Of a stretch of DNA of 64,000 nt, positions 41,716 through 49,584 are shown in pieces (the stretch's first letter is position 1; the number at the start of each line of letters is the position of its first letter). The position numbers were made by a program, and so were the translations under genes. Below the pieces are notes generated by a model that worked only from the letters and a program-made list of their open reading frames with translations, ran no database searches and was not told the DNA's origin. The DNA is from a virus (Duplodnaviria; Caudoviricetes), in IMG/VR virus record IMGVR_UViG_3300028833_000086, positions 1 through 64,000 of that record; one strand, written 5' to 3'.

Positions 41716-41770
41716 AACATTTGTAGCGCGACTATTTTTATCTTTAGCGGTCGCGACGCTTATGACAGTC
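41716..41770 (-). ncRNA. H-type pseudoknot unit C followed by CAAAUGUU
   Basis: Stem 1 AGCG/CGCU, stem 2 CGCGAC/GUCGCG, A-rich loop 3. Confidence 0.65.
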
Positions 41771-41798
41771 TATAGGCTCCATGCCTCCATGGAGTCAG

Positions 41799-41855
41799 TG
41801 CAGCAGCAAGGAGTTGCACCTTGCCTCGGGGAATTCTCCCCAAACTGTAGCTGCA
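41799..41855 (-). ncRNA. tRNA-like element lacking a D-arm
   Basis: Acceptor-like UGCAGC/GCUGCA, one central hairpin, T-arm CAAGG-UGCAACU-CCUUG. Confidence 0.55.
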
Positions 41856-42005
41856 TAACAAAGGTTCCCGTAGGAACCTTTTCAGGTCACGGGCCCGCAA
41901 GCTTCCGTAACACGATCATTACTACCGCCTGTAATTACAGTCGATATGTATCATAGTAACTTAGCAGGAATATACGTCTCCCATAACGTTTAGATTTTAA
42001 TCAAA

Positions 42006-42035
42006 ATTTCAATATGCCTCACGTTACTATGAATA
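42006..42035 (-). ncRNA. Solitary CRISPR-repeat-like unit (type I-B-like)
   Basis: 30-mer TATTCATAGTAACGTGAGGCATATTGAAAT ending in an ATTGAAAT handle; no array. Confidence 0.5.
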
Positions 42036-42039
42036 AAGC

Positions 42040-42100
42040 AGCCGAGGGGGGATCGAACCTCCATTAAGATACGCACTAATTGCGTCCACAGCCATCGACC
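42040..42100 (-). ncRNA. tRNA-like element lacking a D-arm
   Basis: GGUCGA/UCGGCU acceptor-like stem, ACGCA/UGCGU hairpin, GGAGG-UUCGAUC-CCCCC T-arm. Confidence 0.55.
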
Positions 42101-42145
42101 CCAAAAAACAAAAGACGCCATAATTGATCAAATTTCATAACAGCT

Positions 42146-42235
42146 ATCGTTATCGTTCGTCGCTTATATAGGTGGACGTTCACCCATCTTTATCGTCCCT
42201 CGCTTCTTTTATGGTGGAGGTTCACCAATCTTTAT
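42146..42235 (-). ncRNA. Two tandem ToxI-like pseudoknot repeats (42 and 40 nt)
   Basis: AUAAAGAU-(U/G)GGUG-AAC(C/G)UC-CACC...GA(G/C)G; compensatory change in stem 2. Confidence 0.75.
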
Positions 42236-42250
42236 ATGACGTCTTCGAAG

Positions 42251-42539
42251 ACTCCTTCTACACATGACAGATGAGTTGAAAATTTTGCGCCCCCTCCACC
42301 TATAGGACATAAGCGAGAGGAGACAAAACATTTGAACCCCGAGCTTTTATATACCGCATCTCGGGTAGCGGGAAACATTTGGTTGCGTACCTTTTATTTA
42401 TGTCGATATACGCTCCCGACACAACATTTGCAAAAAACACTATGTATAAAACATAACGTCTTTAGTAACTCCTTCTACACATGGTAGTCGAGCTATCTGC
42501 GCCCCCTCCACCGCTAGGACAGCAGTGGAAGGAACGCAA
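42251..42539 (-). repeat. Duplicated hairpin scaffold (copies 42251-42325 and 42468-42539)
   Basis: Identical blocks actccttctacacatg (42251, 42468) and tgcgccccctccacc (42286, 42498). Confidence 0.85.
42327..42430 (-). ncRNA. Two tandem CptI-like pseudoknot units (49 and 47 nt) delimited by CAAAUGUU
   Basis: Three CAAATGTT at 47/49-nt spacing; each interval folds as an H-type pseudoknot with an A-rich loop 3. Confidence 0.78.
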
Positions 42540-42600
42540 TCACGGAAGGAAGAATCTATGAATATAATATAGAGGACAGAATTAGCCCTCTACGAGTGGA

Positions 42601-43818
42601 TTAATTAAGTTTATAAGTGTATTCGCACGTCTTTCCTTTACCACTTTCAAACACAAACATTGAAGCTCCAGCGTTTGAAGTTTTGTTAAGTGACATTCCA
42701 AATGGATCTACACCAATTATACTTCTAATATGGATTGCTTCGGCATTAATACCAACCTCAGTATTTTCGGCATGGTGTTTATGACCAGCTATTATATAAT
42801 CAAAGGACATATTATACGCTCGACCAATATCGTTTATAGCATCGGCAAGATTTTTAACCTCACCATGTATTCCAAGGACTGAGCTTCCCGCGAACACCCC
42901 GTAGTTCATTCCTGTCTCATTTTCCGTAACAATAATATTCTTATTATTTTTGAGACGCTCTTTTAAAAATGAACTAATTACCTTGCTCATATTTTCGTCG
43001 GGAAAAGCATTTTTGGGTGCCCCACACAGTCTAAGTTGATTATGATTGCTATCAACAACCATCTGGAAGTCGATAACTACATGTTCGCTCAAGGCGGTCA
43101 GCCAGTTTGCCATATACTCTGCATATAATAGAGAAGACTCAATCACTCCATATCTTAATTGCATTAACTGAGAATTAAGTCTTAACATCCCTTGGATACC
43201 ATCCCCAAGCTCCCACACAGATAATTTACGTATCTTTTCTCTTTTTATTGTTGTAACAACATCGGAGAGAAGAGCATTCATTCTCTGTTCAAATATCTCG
43301 GGGCTATAAGCGTTTACTATATTGCCAAATAAATCCTTGATCTCAAATTCTATACCATAATGAGCATCGGCTAAACACAGGAGATACTCCTTGTCGCTTT
43401 CGCCCACCGTCACAACCTTAGGAATCTTGATAGGCGGAAGAGTCTTAATTGCTTCTTTAATATGTTCAACAATCAATTCATCACGCGCTAATTCGCGTAT
43501 GTTTTTATTAAACTCAATTTTTTCACTTTGAATTTTATAACGCTCTTTTCGAAGACTACAAAGTTTATCATCAAATCCAAGGTTTCCTGTTGATCCATAT
43601 TTATTTTCATAATACTTCTTAACAGCATAGCCGCCAAATAAAGTACCATTTGCTTTTCTTAGTACATCGGTTGCGTAGGGAATATTATATATATCTTTTA
43701 ATTCTTCCCAATCTATATCAAGATTACCATCGAGCTTGTCCACGATATCCGACAGACACTGTTCATAATCTTCAACCGACATTCCTATCTTCTCAAGTTC
43801 TAATTCGATATTCTCCAT
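42601..43818 (-). CDS. Calcineurin-like metallophosphoesterase with N-terminal coiled coil
   Basis: ADAHYG, LGD, SNHNQ, IHGE and GHKHH motifs. Confidence 0.88.
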   Translation of the reverse strand: MENIELELEKIGMSVEDYEQCLSDIVDKLDGNLDIDWEELKDIYNIPYATDVLRKANGTLFGGYAVKKYYENKYGSTGNLGFDDKLCSLRKERYKIQSEKIEFNKNIRELARDELIVEHIKEAIKTLPPIKIPKVVTVGESDKEYLLCLADAHYGIEFEIKDLFGNIVNAYSPEIFEQRMNALLSDVVTTIKREKIRKLSVWELGDGIQGMLRLNSQLMQLRYGVIESSLLYAEYMANWLTALSEHVVIDFQMVVDSNHNQLRLCGAPKNAFPDENMSKVISSFLKERLKNNKNIIVTENETGMNYGVFAGSSVLGIHGEVKNLADAINDIGRAYNMSFDYIIAGHKHHAENTEVGINAEAIHIRSIIGVDPFGMSLNKTSNAGASMFVFESGKGKTCEYTYKLN

Positions 43819-43820
43819 TT

Positions 43821-44471
43821 TTATCCTTTCAATACCGCTTTTAATGTTACATCCTTGCCGATTATCTTATGGACTATCCCGTACTTTTTTGCTTCTTCGG
43901 CATACATGTAAAACTCTCGATCATTTTTTTCGTCGTATGTCTTCTCACTCATCTTAGTATTATCAAGAACATACTGTTTAATCTTCTCATTCATGCCATC
44001 AAAAAATTTCATTGTATCCTTTGCCTTACCAGTTGAGTTCGACAAATCAACTTCTCCGTCATGCTGAAGAAAAATACTGTTATTAAAAGCATATCTTTCA
44101 GGAGCCGCAAGATATATGTAATAAGCTGCCGAGGCAATGAAGCCAAGTCCAATTGCTCTAATAGGCGTCTCAGAAGTCTGAATAACATCCATGAGGGCAC
44201 CAGCGGCAAACATATCACCACCATAACTATGAATCATCAGCGTAATGGGTTTTCTATCTTTCTTAGCAAGACATACATCTTCAAGATTCCATTGGAGAAT
44301 CCACGACACCGCATCATCAATCAGTGTGGAATCTACATCCTGATTAAGTACGAGCATCCTATTTTGTAAAAATTCAGCCTGAAGTTTATCATATATGTCG
44401 CCTTTGTCTCCGTTGATTATGGAACTGAGGTCTATATAACACTCTGCCATTTCTGTTATCTCCTTGTTCAA
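43821..44471 (-). CDS. clpP: ClpP-like protease subunit
   Basis: PITLMIHSYGGD, ASAA nucleophile region, LQH, YMYAEEAKKYGIVHKII. Confidence 0.88.
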   Translation of the reverse strand: MNKEITEMAECYIDLSSIINGDKGDIYDKLQAEFLQNRMLVLNQDVDSTLIDDAVSWILQWNLEDVCLAKKDRKPITLMIHSYGGDMFAAGALMDVIQTSETPIRAIGLGFIASAAYYIYLAAPERYAFNNSIFLQHDGEVDLSNSTGKAKDTMKFFDGMNEKIKQYVLDNTKMSEKTYDEKNDREFYMYAEEAKKYGIVHKIIGKDVTLKAVLKG

Positions 44472-44536
44472 TCAATTTATGTTCCGTATGAGAGGGCAAT
44501 AATGCCACCCTCTCATATACGGACTTTGTTATTATG

Positions 44537-47128
44537 TCAAGATGCTGTATCCATGCGGGTTTCAGGCACATCATTTGTCGAGGTGGTACCAATTTTTGCC
44601 TGATTTTGCAAATTTTTTGAAAAACATTTTAATAATGCTTCAGGGTTTACCTCATATAATACTCTTAATAAGATCGCTCTATTCTTATATAATTTACTTT
44701 TAAGTCCCGCAGTTTTCTGTTCCAGTTGTGGCGTCATTATAAACGCACGATCGAGTAACCAACTAAACAAACCTATATACTTGCTTGGTAATGTTACATG
44801 TCTTATATCATCCACGAGCTGTTCGAAATCTTCTCTGAGTAGGAGATAGTTCTCCACATCACTCACACAATCATCTTTATCTATTCTAGTCTCCAATAAT
44901 TCCAGCTGATATTTCTCTATTAGTTCCTCGACATTACGCGATACTCTTTTGTTCATCTCTAATGGAAACTTCTGGAAGAAGTCTGCCGTGGGTATTGTTT
45001 CCGTTTCGGGCTTATATGACTCGAACTCCATTTTATATAGTCGGCACATAGGAGAGTCGAGTTTAAAATTTATTCTGTTTGTTGGGAACCCCTTCCTGAT
45101 CTGTTGCCAGAACGGAGGATATTTATTGTCTTTGATGCCGATGTCGGCACGTATACGTTTGATCTCATTTGTGATGTCTACTGCAGTAGATTTCTTTGCT
45201 GAATCTATACTTAATTGAGCAAGAACTGCAAGAATACAAGCATAGTCTTTATATTTTTGATCTGGATAATTATATGTATATGTTAGACATACTTGTGCGA
45301 GATTACTTGACTCACCGATATTTCTTTGGCTCGCACTTAATAAATTATCCATTGCCGCAAATGATGCAGGAGTTGAATCATATTTCTTTTTACTCTGTGG
45401 TATATTATTAACTATTGTTGGATAAACCTTGTAACAATACTTTGCATGCTCAACAATAGCTGGTGCGTTAGTTGTATATACTGAGTCACTATCAAAATCT
45501 GAGCCGTTATTTCTATCGCAGAAGCTAGTTCCTTGTACATTTACAGCCATACATAATTTGCCGAATCTAAAATACTTTTTAATCAATGGATGTAAACGAT
45601 TATGCAGATACCCTAGATTATTTTGTGAGTTAAATGGATTCCTGAACTCTGCCAGATATTCTCCGTCTCCAAATCTTTCTGAGTAACATTGTATTGCATC
45701 ATCCTCGACTTCAAACGTAGGATCCTTGCTTACATCTTCGCCCACAGAATGCAATAACATTGCGTATGGACTCCCGCACAACACAAGGTTATCCGCAACT
45801 TGTAAAAGCTTTCCCGTCTTTACCGACATAGTATAGTCGTAAATAATTTTTTTCTTACGTTCTCTAAAATATTCACTTTGTTCAAAGCTATGATCCTGAG
45901 TCCATAATGCTAATAACGCCTCATAATCATTTGAGAAATTTGCGTTCCTTTTAAGAAAGTCAAGGTAAGTATTAAGATCGGTCTTTAATGCTTTCACATA
46001 GTCTCTGGTTGGCGCAGCTACCTCATCCACAAATTCGTTATTGAGAGCATTCACCATTTGATATGACATTCTCTGGTAATTACCAAACTTACTAGGATGT
46101 GCAGTCTTAACTATTCCGAACATTGACCCATTCTCACGCACCTTCTCACACCAAGTTTCATATGGTACTCCAAATTTAACCCATTTTATGGAATTATTAG
46201 TTGTTACAACTTTTACATTCTTTACAAGATGTTTATTACCCCACATATCCGTCAGATAAGCTGTATCATAATTCTGACCAAAATAGTCTTTGAAAAATCC
46301 CTGCAAGTCTGTAGCAAATGCCGCCGCCTTTGTAAAATGATGACGTAAAAGCACATATCCATTTGTCCATTCAGGACATATCGACAAATCAATCAATGCC
46401 TGTCCATCGAACATATCACAACCAAGAATATAATCTTGTTTATATAATGCCCTACACTGATTCTTATCTAGCTCGACACTTACCACATTGGTTTTAAATT
46501 CAGACCTTACATCATTCAGGATCACAATGTCTTCAGGGTTAATTTCTATTTTTCCTACGATAGTTGAGGTCACCAACGATGTATATGCTCCAAACTCTGT
46601 TATTGGTGCATCGTGCTTTGGAAGTTTGAGGCCCATATAAAGAAAATCATGTGCTTTCTTATACAGGCTCTGCTTGATAAACATACACGACCCAACCTTA
46701 GCCTTACCTGCCGTACGATATAAGTATTTGTACTTTACGTCACCGTTCTTATAGTGAATTGTAACTCCGTTCTCATAAAATATCTTTCGTATCTCATCTG
46801 CACTTTTGCAATCAAATTTGTCTTTATTTGCTACGCATTCTTCACGCAACGCCTTTAAATAATCATTATCTGGATCGGATTCTAATGCAACATCAATACG
46901 CGCTAGCTCATCATCGTAAGTTCGGCTCCCGTAATTAAAGTTGAGACATATCACGTCGCGCGTATATTTTTCATTTCGAGTACTTAGCCCGTTAGCCTTT
47001 AAAAAATCTAGGAACAATGAATTAGTTAGCATGGCACATTTAGTATCATACTTCTTGCGCACCCCAGTCATAACTTCGTACACTGATCCAGCTTCATAGT
47101 TGTTGATCTTGTAACCAAAATCCCCCAC
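44537..47128 (-). CDS. YonO-like single-subunit DNA-dependent RNA polymerase
   Basis: 863 aa; RTAGKAKVG, FDGQALID, FRNPF, catalytic GSDFDSD, IG..SN, IDSAKK; upstream of the late operon. Confidence 0.88.
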   Translation of the reverse strand: MGDFGYKINNYEAGSVYEVMTGVRKKYDTKCAMLTNSLFLDFLKANGLSTRNEKYTRDVICLNFNYGSRTYDDELARIDVALESDPDNDYLKALREECVANKDKFDCKSADEIRKIFYENGVTIHYKNGDVKYKYLYRTAGKAKVGSCMFIKQSLYKKAHDFLYMGLKLPKHDAPITEFGAYTSLVTSTIVGKIEINPEDIVILNDVRSEFKTNVVSVELDKNQCRALYKQDYILGCDMFDGQALIDLSICPEWTNGYVLLRHHFTKAAAFATDLQGFFKDYFGQNYDTAYLTDMWGNKHLVKNVKVVTTNNSIKWVKFGVPYETWCEKVRENGSMFGIVKTAHPSKFGNYQRMSYQMVNALNNEFVDEVAAPTRDYVKALKTDLNTYLDFLKRNANFSNDYEALLALWTQDHSFEQSEYFRERKKKIIYDYTMSVKTGKLLQVADNLVLCGSPYAMLLHSVGEDVSKDPTFEVEDDAIQCYSERFGDGEYLAEFRNPFNSQNNLGYLHNRLHPLIKKYFRFGKLCMAVNVQGTSFCDRNNGSDFDSDSVYTTNAPAIVEHAKYCYKVYPTIVNNIPQSKKKYDSTPASFAAMDNLLSASQRNIGESSNLAQVCLTYTYNYPDQKYKDYACILAVLAQLSIDSAKKSTAVDITNEIKRIRADIGIKDNKYPPFWQQIRKGFPTNRINFKLDSPMCRLYKMEFESYKPETETIPTADFFQKFPLEMNKRVSRNVEELIEKYQLELLETRIDKDDCVSDVENYLLLREDFEQLVDDIRHVTLPSKYIGLFSWLLDRAFIMTPQLEQKTAGLKSKLYKNRAILLRVLYEVNPEALLKCFSKNLQNQAKIGTTSTNDVPETRMDTAS

Positions 47129-47146
47129 TACAAGTCCTCCCGTTAC

Positions 47147-49159
47147 TTAATTTAAAATTATTTCTCTAGCAAACTGCATGGTTTTGCTGCCACACATTTT
47201 GCCAAACAAAGCCCCCGCCTCAACAACGAGTTCTTTTTCCTCCTTTACGCAATCATCATAAACAAACTTAGGCAATACCTTCGCTACCGCCCCCATATCT
47301 TTAGGCGTAATCTCTGCAGGTACTTCACCGTCGTCGCGAAGTTTCTCAATTGCCTTTTCAACACGGCGCCTTGTAACAATGTCATCTACAATACGCTGGC
47401 ATTTTTCAGCATCGATAATTTCCTCTGGTGACTTTTCCCTAGGACGCGACTTGGTTTCTTTAAATGAATCATTAACTAACTTTAAATAAAACCACTTGTC
47501 AGTTCCCTCAAGTCTGTCCTGAGATTTAACCACACAACCTTCCTGTGTTGGCCCGTAATATCCATCGCCCGCCATAAAAGACTTTACATGATCCCATGAA
47601 ATAAATGGGCCATCATATAAAACATGAATATAAGTAAGTCCAACCTCGTCGCACATTTTCCTAACAAAAGTCTGTGGGAGGTAATGTCCAGTCGCATTGT
47701 CGTATATGTCGTATACTATCCAATGATTACGGGCGTATTCGGGCTTATAATCTTTAATGGCATTGCCGCAAAGATTCCACTCTCCAAATACCACCATCGA
47801 TTCATGACCGTTTTGAAACCAGCCGAGCAGCGTGTCAAGTTCTGTTCCGTACTGATAGAAACCATTGAGATTATTATTATAATCTAATACCTTATTTCTT
47901 GAGCACGCTACCAAATGTCCATCTTCGTAATATAAGGACGCATTAGAATTATGTGTTAAAATTCCATGTGCAAAAAAATTATGATTATCTTCCACCTCAA
48001 TATCGTATCCTTTACTACTACACATAGAACTTTTACATTCTTTATTTATTGAAATGATCTTATGTTCGTATAACGCCTTATCAGAGGGTATGAGTTTTTC
48101 AAAATAGTTATCCCAAAATGTATAAGACATTCTATACTCTTCAGGTAATTTATATTGCATTGACGGAATAATATATGGAGCGACTAACGAAAAGAAAATA
48201 TTACTTCCAACCAAATTCATATCTAGTTTATAATATTTATTTTTATAAAATTGAATATGACTTTCTATCCCATATTTCTCATAAAGCATATCTTTCATAT
48301 TTACTACTTCATCATATGAATAAGCTTCTACATGTAAAGATGCTCTATCTTTTTGAACAGAAGAGTGTTTTAAACTTCCGTCATCCATATACCATATACT
48401 TAATCCTATAGGTGTTAGATTTTTTATAAATTCTTTACTTATATATTTTTTATTATTTATTATTGCTTTCGATATTTCATCGTTTATACTAGGAAGACAC
48501 CTTGTTCTTCCTTGATACACTTTAGTACCATATCCACTTATTCCTTCTCGTTCATTACAAATAAAAGGAGATAGCAACCTAACTTTAAAATTGAAATAAT
48601 CTTTTTGCTGAATGGAATTACAAAAATGAATACCCTTATTAGCAAGTGGTCGCGTTGTAGGGTTTGGATAAATACTTCCATCGCCAAGAATACTTGCGTA
48701 TATAACTTGTTTTTGTATTTCTGTAGGATAAATAGCCGTTGAATATACACTATCTCCAACTTTTAATTCTCCTGCTGCGACATATCCGTTTTGAGTCCAG
48801 AATTTATGATTTGGTGTTGGATAAACCGATGCAGAATGACCAAATCCCTCCACTTTATCAAATGTAATTTTCATAAAATCTTGTCTACCATTATCCGACC
48901 AACCAATAACTTTTTTAGGCTCGACTTTTTGAGTTTCTGTATTATAAGATAGTACTTCCACGGAAAGTTTATTTTTTACTATTTCGCCAATGGTTTTTTC
49001 TGTTCCGTCTGCTAGTCTAATAGGTGTCTTACTAGGCAAACACCCGTCAACTTTAGTAGTAATTTGTATATGCTCTCCAACATTAAAACCCGACACATTA
49101 TTTTTGCGAAACTCAGTATCCTCTATACGAGCCGCCTCAATGTCTATAAATTTTTTCAT
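47147..49159 (-). CDS. ATP-dependent RNA ligase (Rnl2-like; about 305 aa after intein splicing)
   Basis: Motif I KVDG|SNAS, SRN, FGEW, YDI, EGCVVK, KLVN..FKE. Confidence 0.88.
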   Translation of the reverse strand: MKKFIDIEAARIEDTEFRKNNVSGFNVGEHIQITTKVDGCLPSKTPIRLADGTEKTIGEIVKNKLSVEVLSYNTETQKVEPKKVIGWSDNGRQDFMKITFDKVEGFGHSASVYPTPNHKFWTQNGYVAAGELKVGDSVYSTAIYPTEIQKQVIYASILGDGSIYPNPTTRPLANKGIHFCNSIQQKDYFNFKVRLLSPFICNEREGISGYGTKVYQGRTRCLPSINDEISKAIINNKKYISKEFIKNLTPIGLSIWYMDDGSLKHSSVQKDRASLHVEAYSYDEVVNMKDMLYEKYGIESHIQFYKNKYYKLDMNLVGSNIFFSLVAPYIIPSMQYKLPEEYRMSYTFWDNYFEKLIPSDKALYEHKIISINKECKSSMCSSKGYDIEVEDNHNFFAHGILTHNSNASLYYEDGHLVACSRNKVLDYNNNLNGFYQYGTELDTLLGWFQNGHESMVVFGEWNLCGNAIKDYKPEYARNHWIVYDIYDNATGHYLPQTFVRKMCDEVGLTYIHVLYDGPFISWDHVKSFMAGDGYYGPTQEGCVVKSQDRLEGTDKWFYLKLVNDSFKETKSRPREKSPEEIIDAEKCQRIVDDIVTRRRVEKAIEKLRDDGEVPAEITPKDMGAVAKVLPKFVYDDCVKEEKELVVEAGALFGKMCGSKTMQFAREIILN
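47948..49042 (-). mobile_element. Intein (365 aa) with a LAGLIDADG endonuclease
   Basis: Starts CLPSKT; block B TPNHKF; ILGDGS and WYMDDGS; ends YDIEVEDNHNFFAHGILTHN before Ser. Confidence 0.95.
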
Positions 49160-49160
49160 C

Positions 49161-49397
49161 TTAATCTCCTACGTATGTTACCTCATAACCCGCCGCCTTA
49201 AGTAGCGCCACAGCCGCATCAGTTATAGCATTTGTATTAGTCAACGACTTTCTGTATTGATTAAGCGTTGTCTCGGAAATCTCAAGAGCATCCTTATAAC
49301 TATCAATTTCATCCTCAAGCTCTTTAATATACTCGCGCTGATTATCGATCAAATTCTCATAAGTATCAATCAGCAGCAAATCATCCCATTGACTCAT
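49161..49397 (-). CDS. Small coiled-coil protein
   Basis: GGAGG RBS; tightly packed operon. Confidence 0.7.
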   Translation of the reverse strand: MSQWDDLLLIDTYENLIDNQREYIKELEDEIDSYKDALEISETTLNQYRKSLTNTNAITDAAVALLKAAGYEVTYVGD

Positions 49398-49398
49398 A

Positions 49399-49584
49399 TT
49401 AATCCTCCGTTTTAAGTTTTTCTTCGGTCTTGCCGCCTGTCAGTGCGAGAAACCTATAATGTTTCTGACACACCCAGTAATAACGGCTCGACTTTATTGT
49501 AAACATCGCGTCAGCTGGCACTCGCCTCTGCTCACGTAAACATAGGTCGCATAGCGCCCCCGACTTTCTTACCGCCTCGCTCAT
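49399..49584 (-). CDS. Small Zn-finger protein
   Basis: CDLC...CQKH. Confidence 0.6.
   Translation of the reverse strand: MSEAVRKSGALCDLCLREQRRVPADAMFTIKSSRYYWVCQKHYRFLALTGGKTEEKLKTED

Noticed and set aside
41762-41956. 64-aa plus-strand ORF in the RNA cluster
   Set aside because: Antisense to the operon, no RBS, and overlaps structured elements.
41685-42592. CRISPR array
   Set aside because: The periodic motif CAAATGTT is only 8 nt, the intervals are themselves pseudoknots, the repeat-like 30-mers are isolated and dissimilar, and there are no cas genes.
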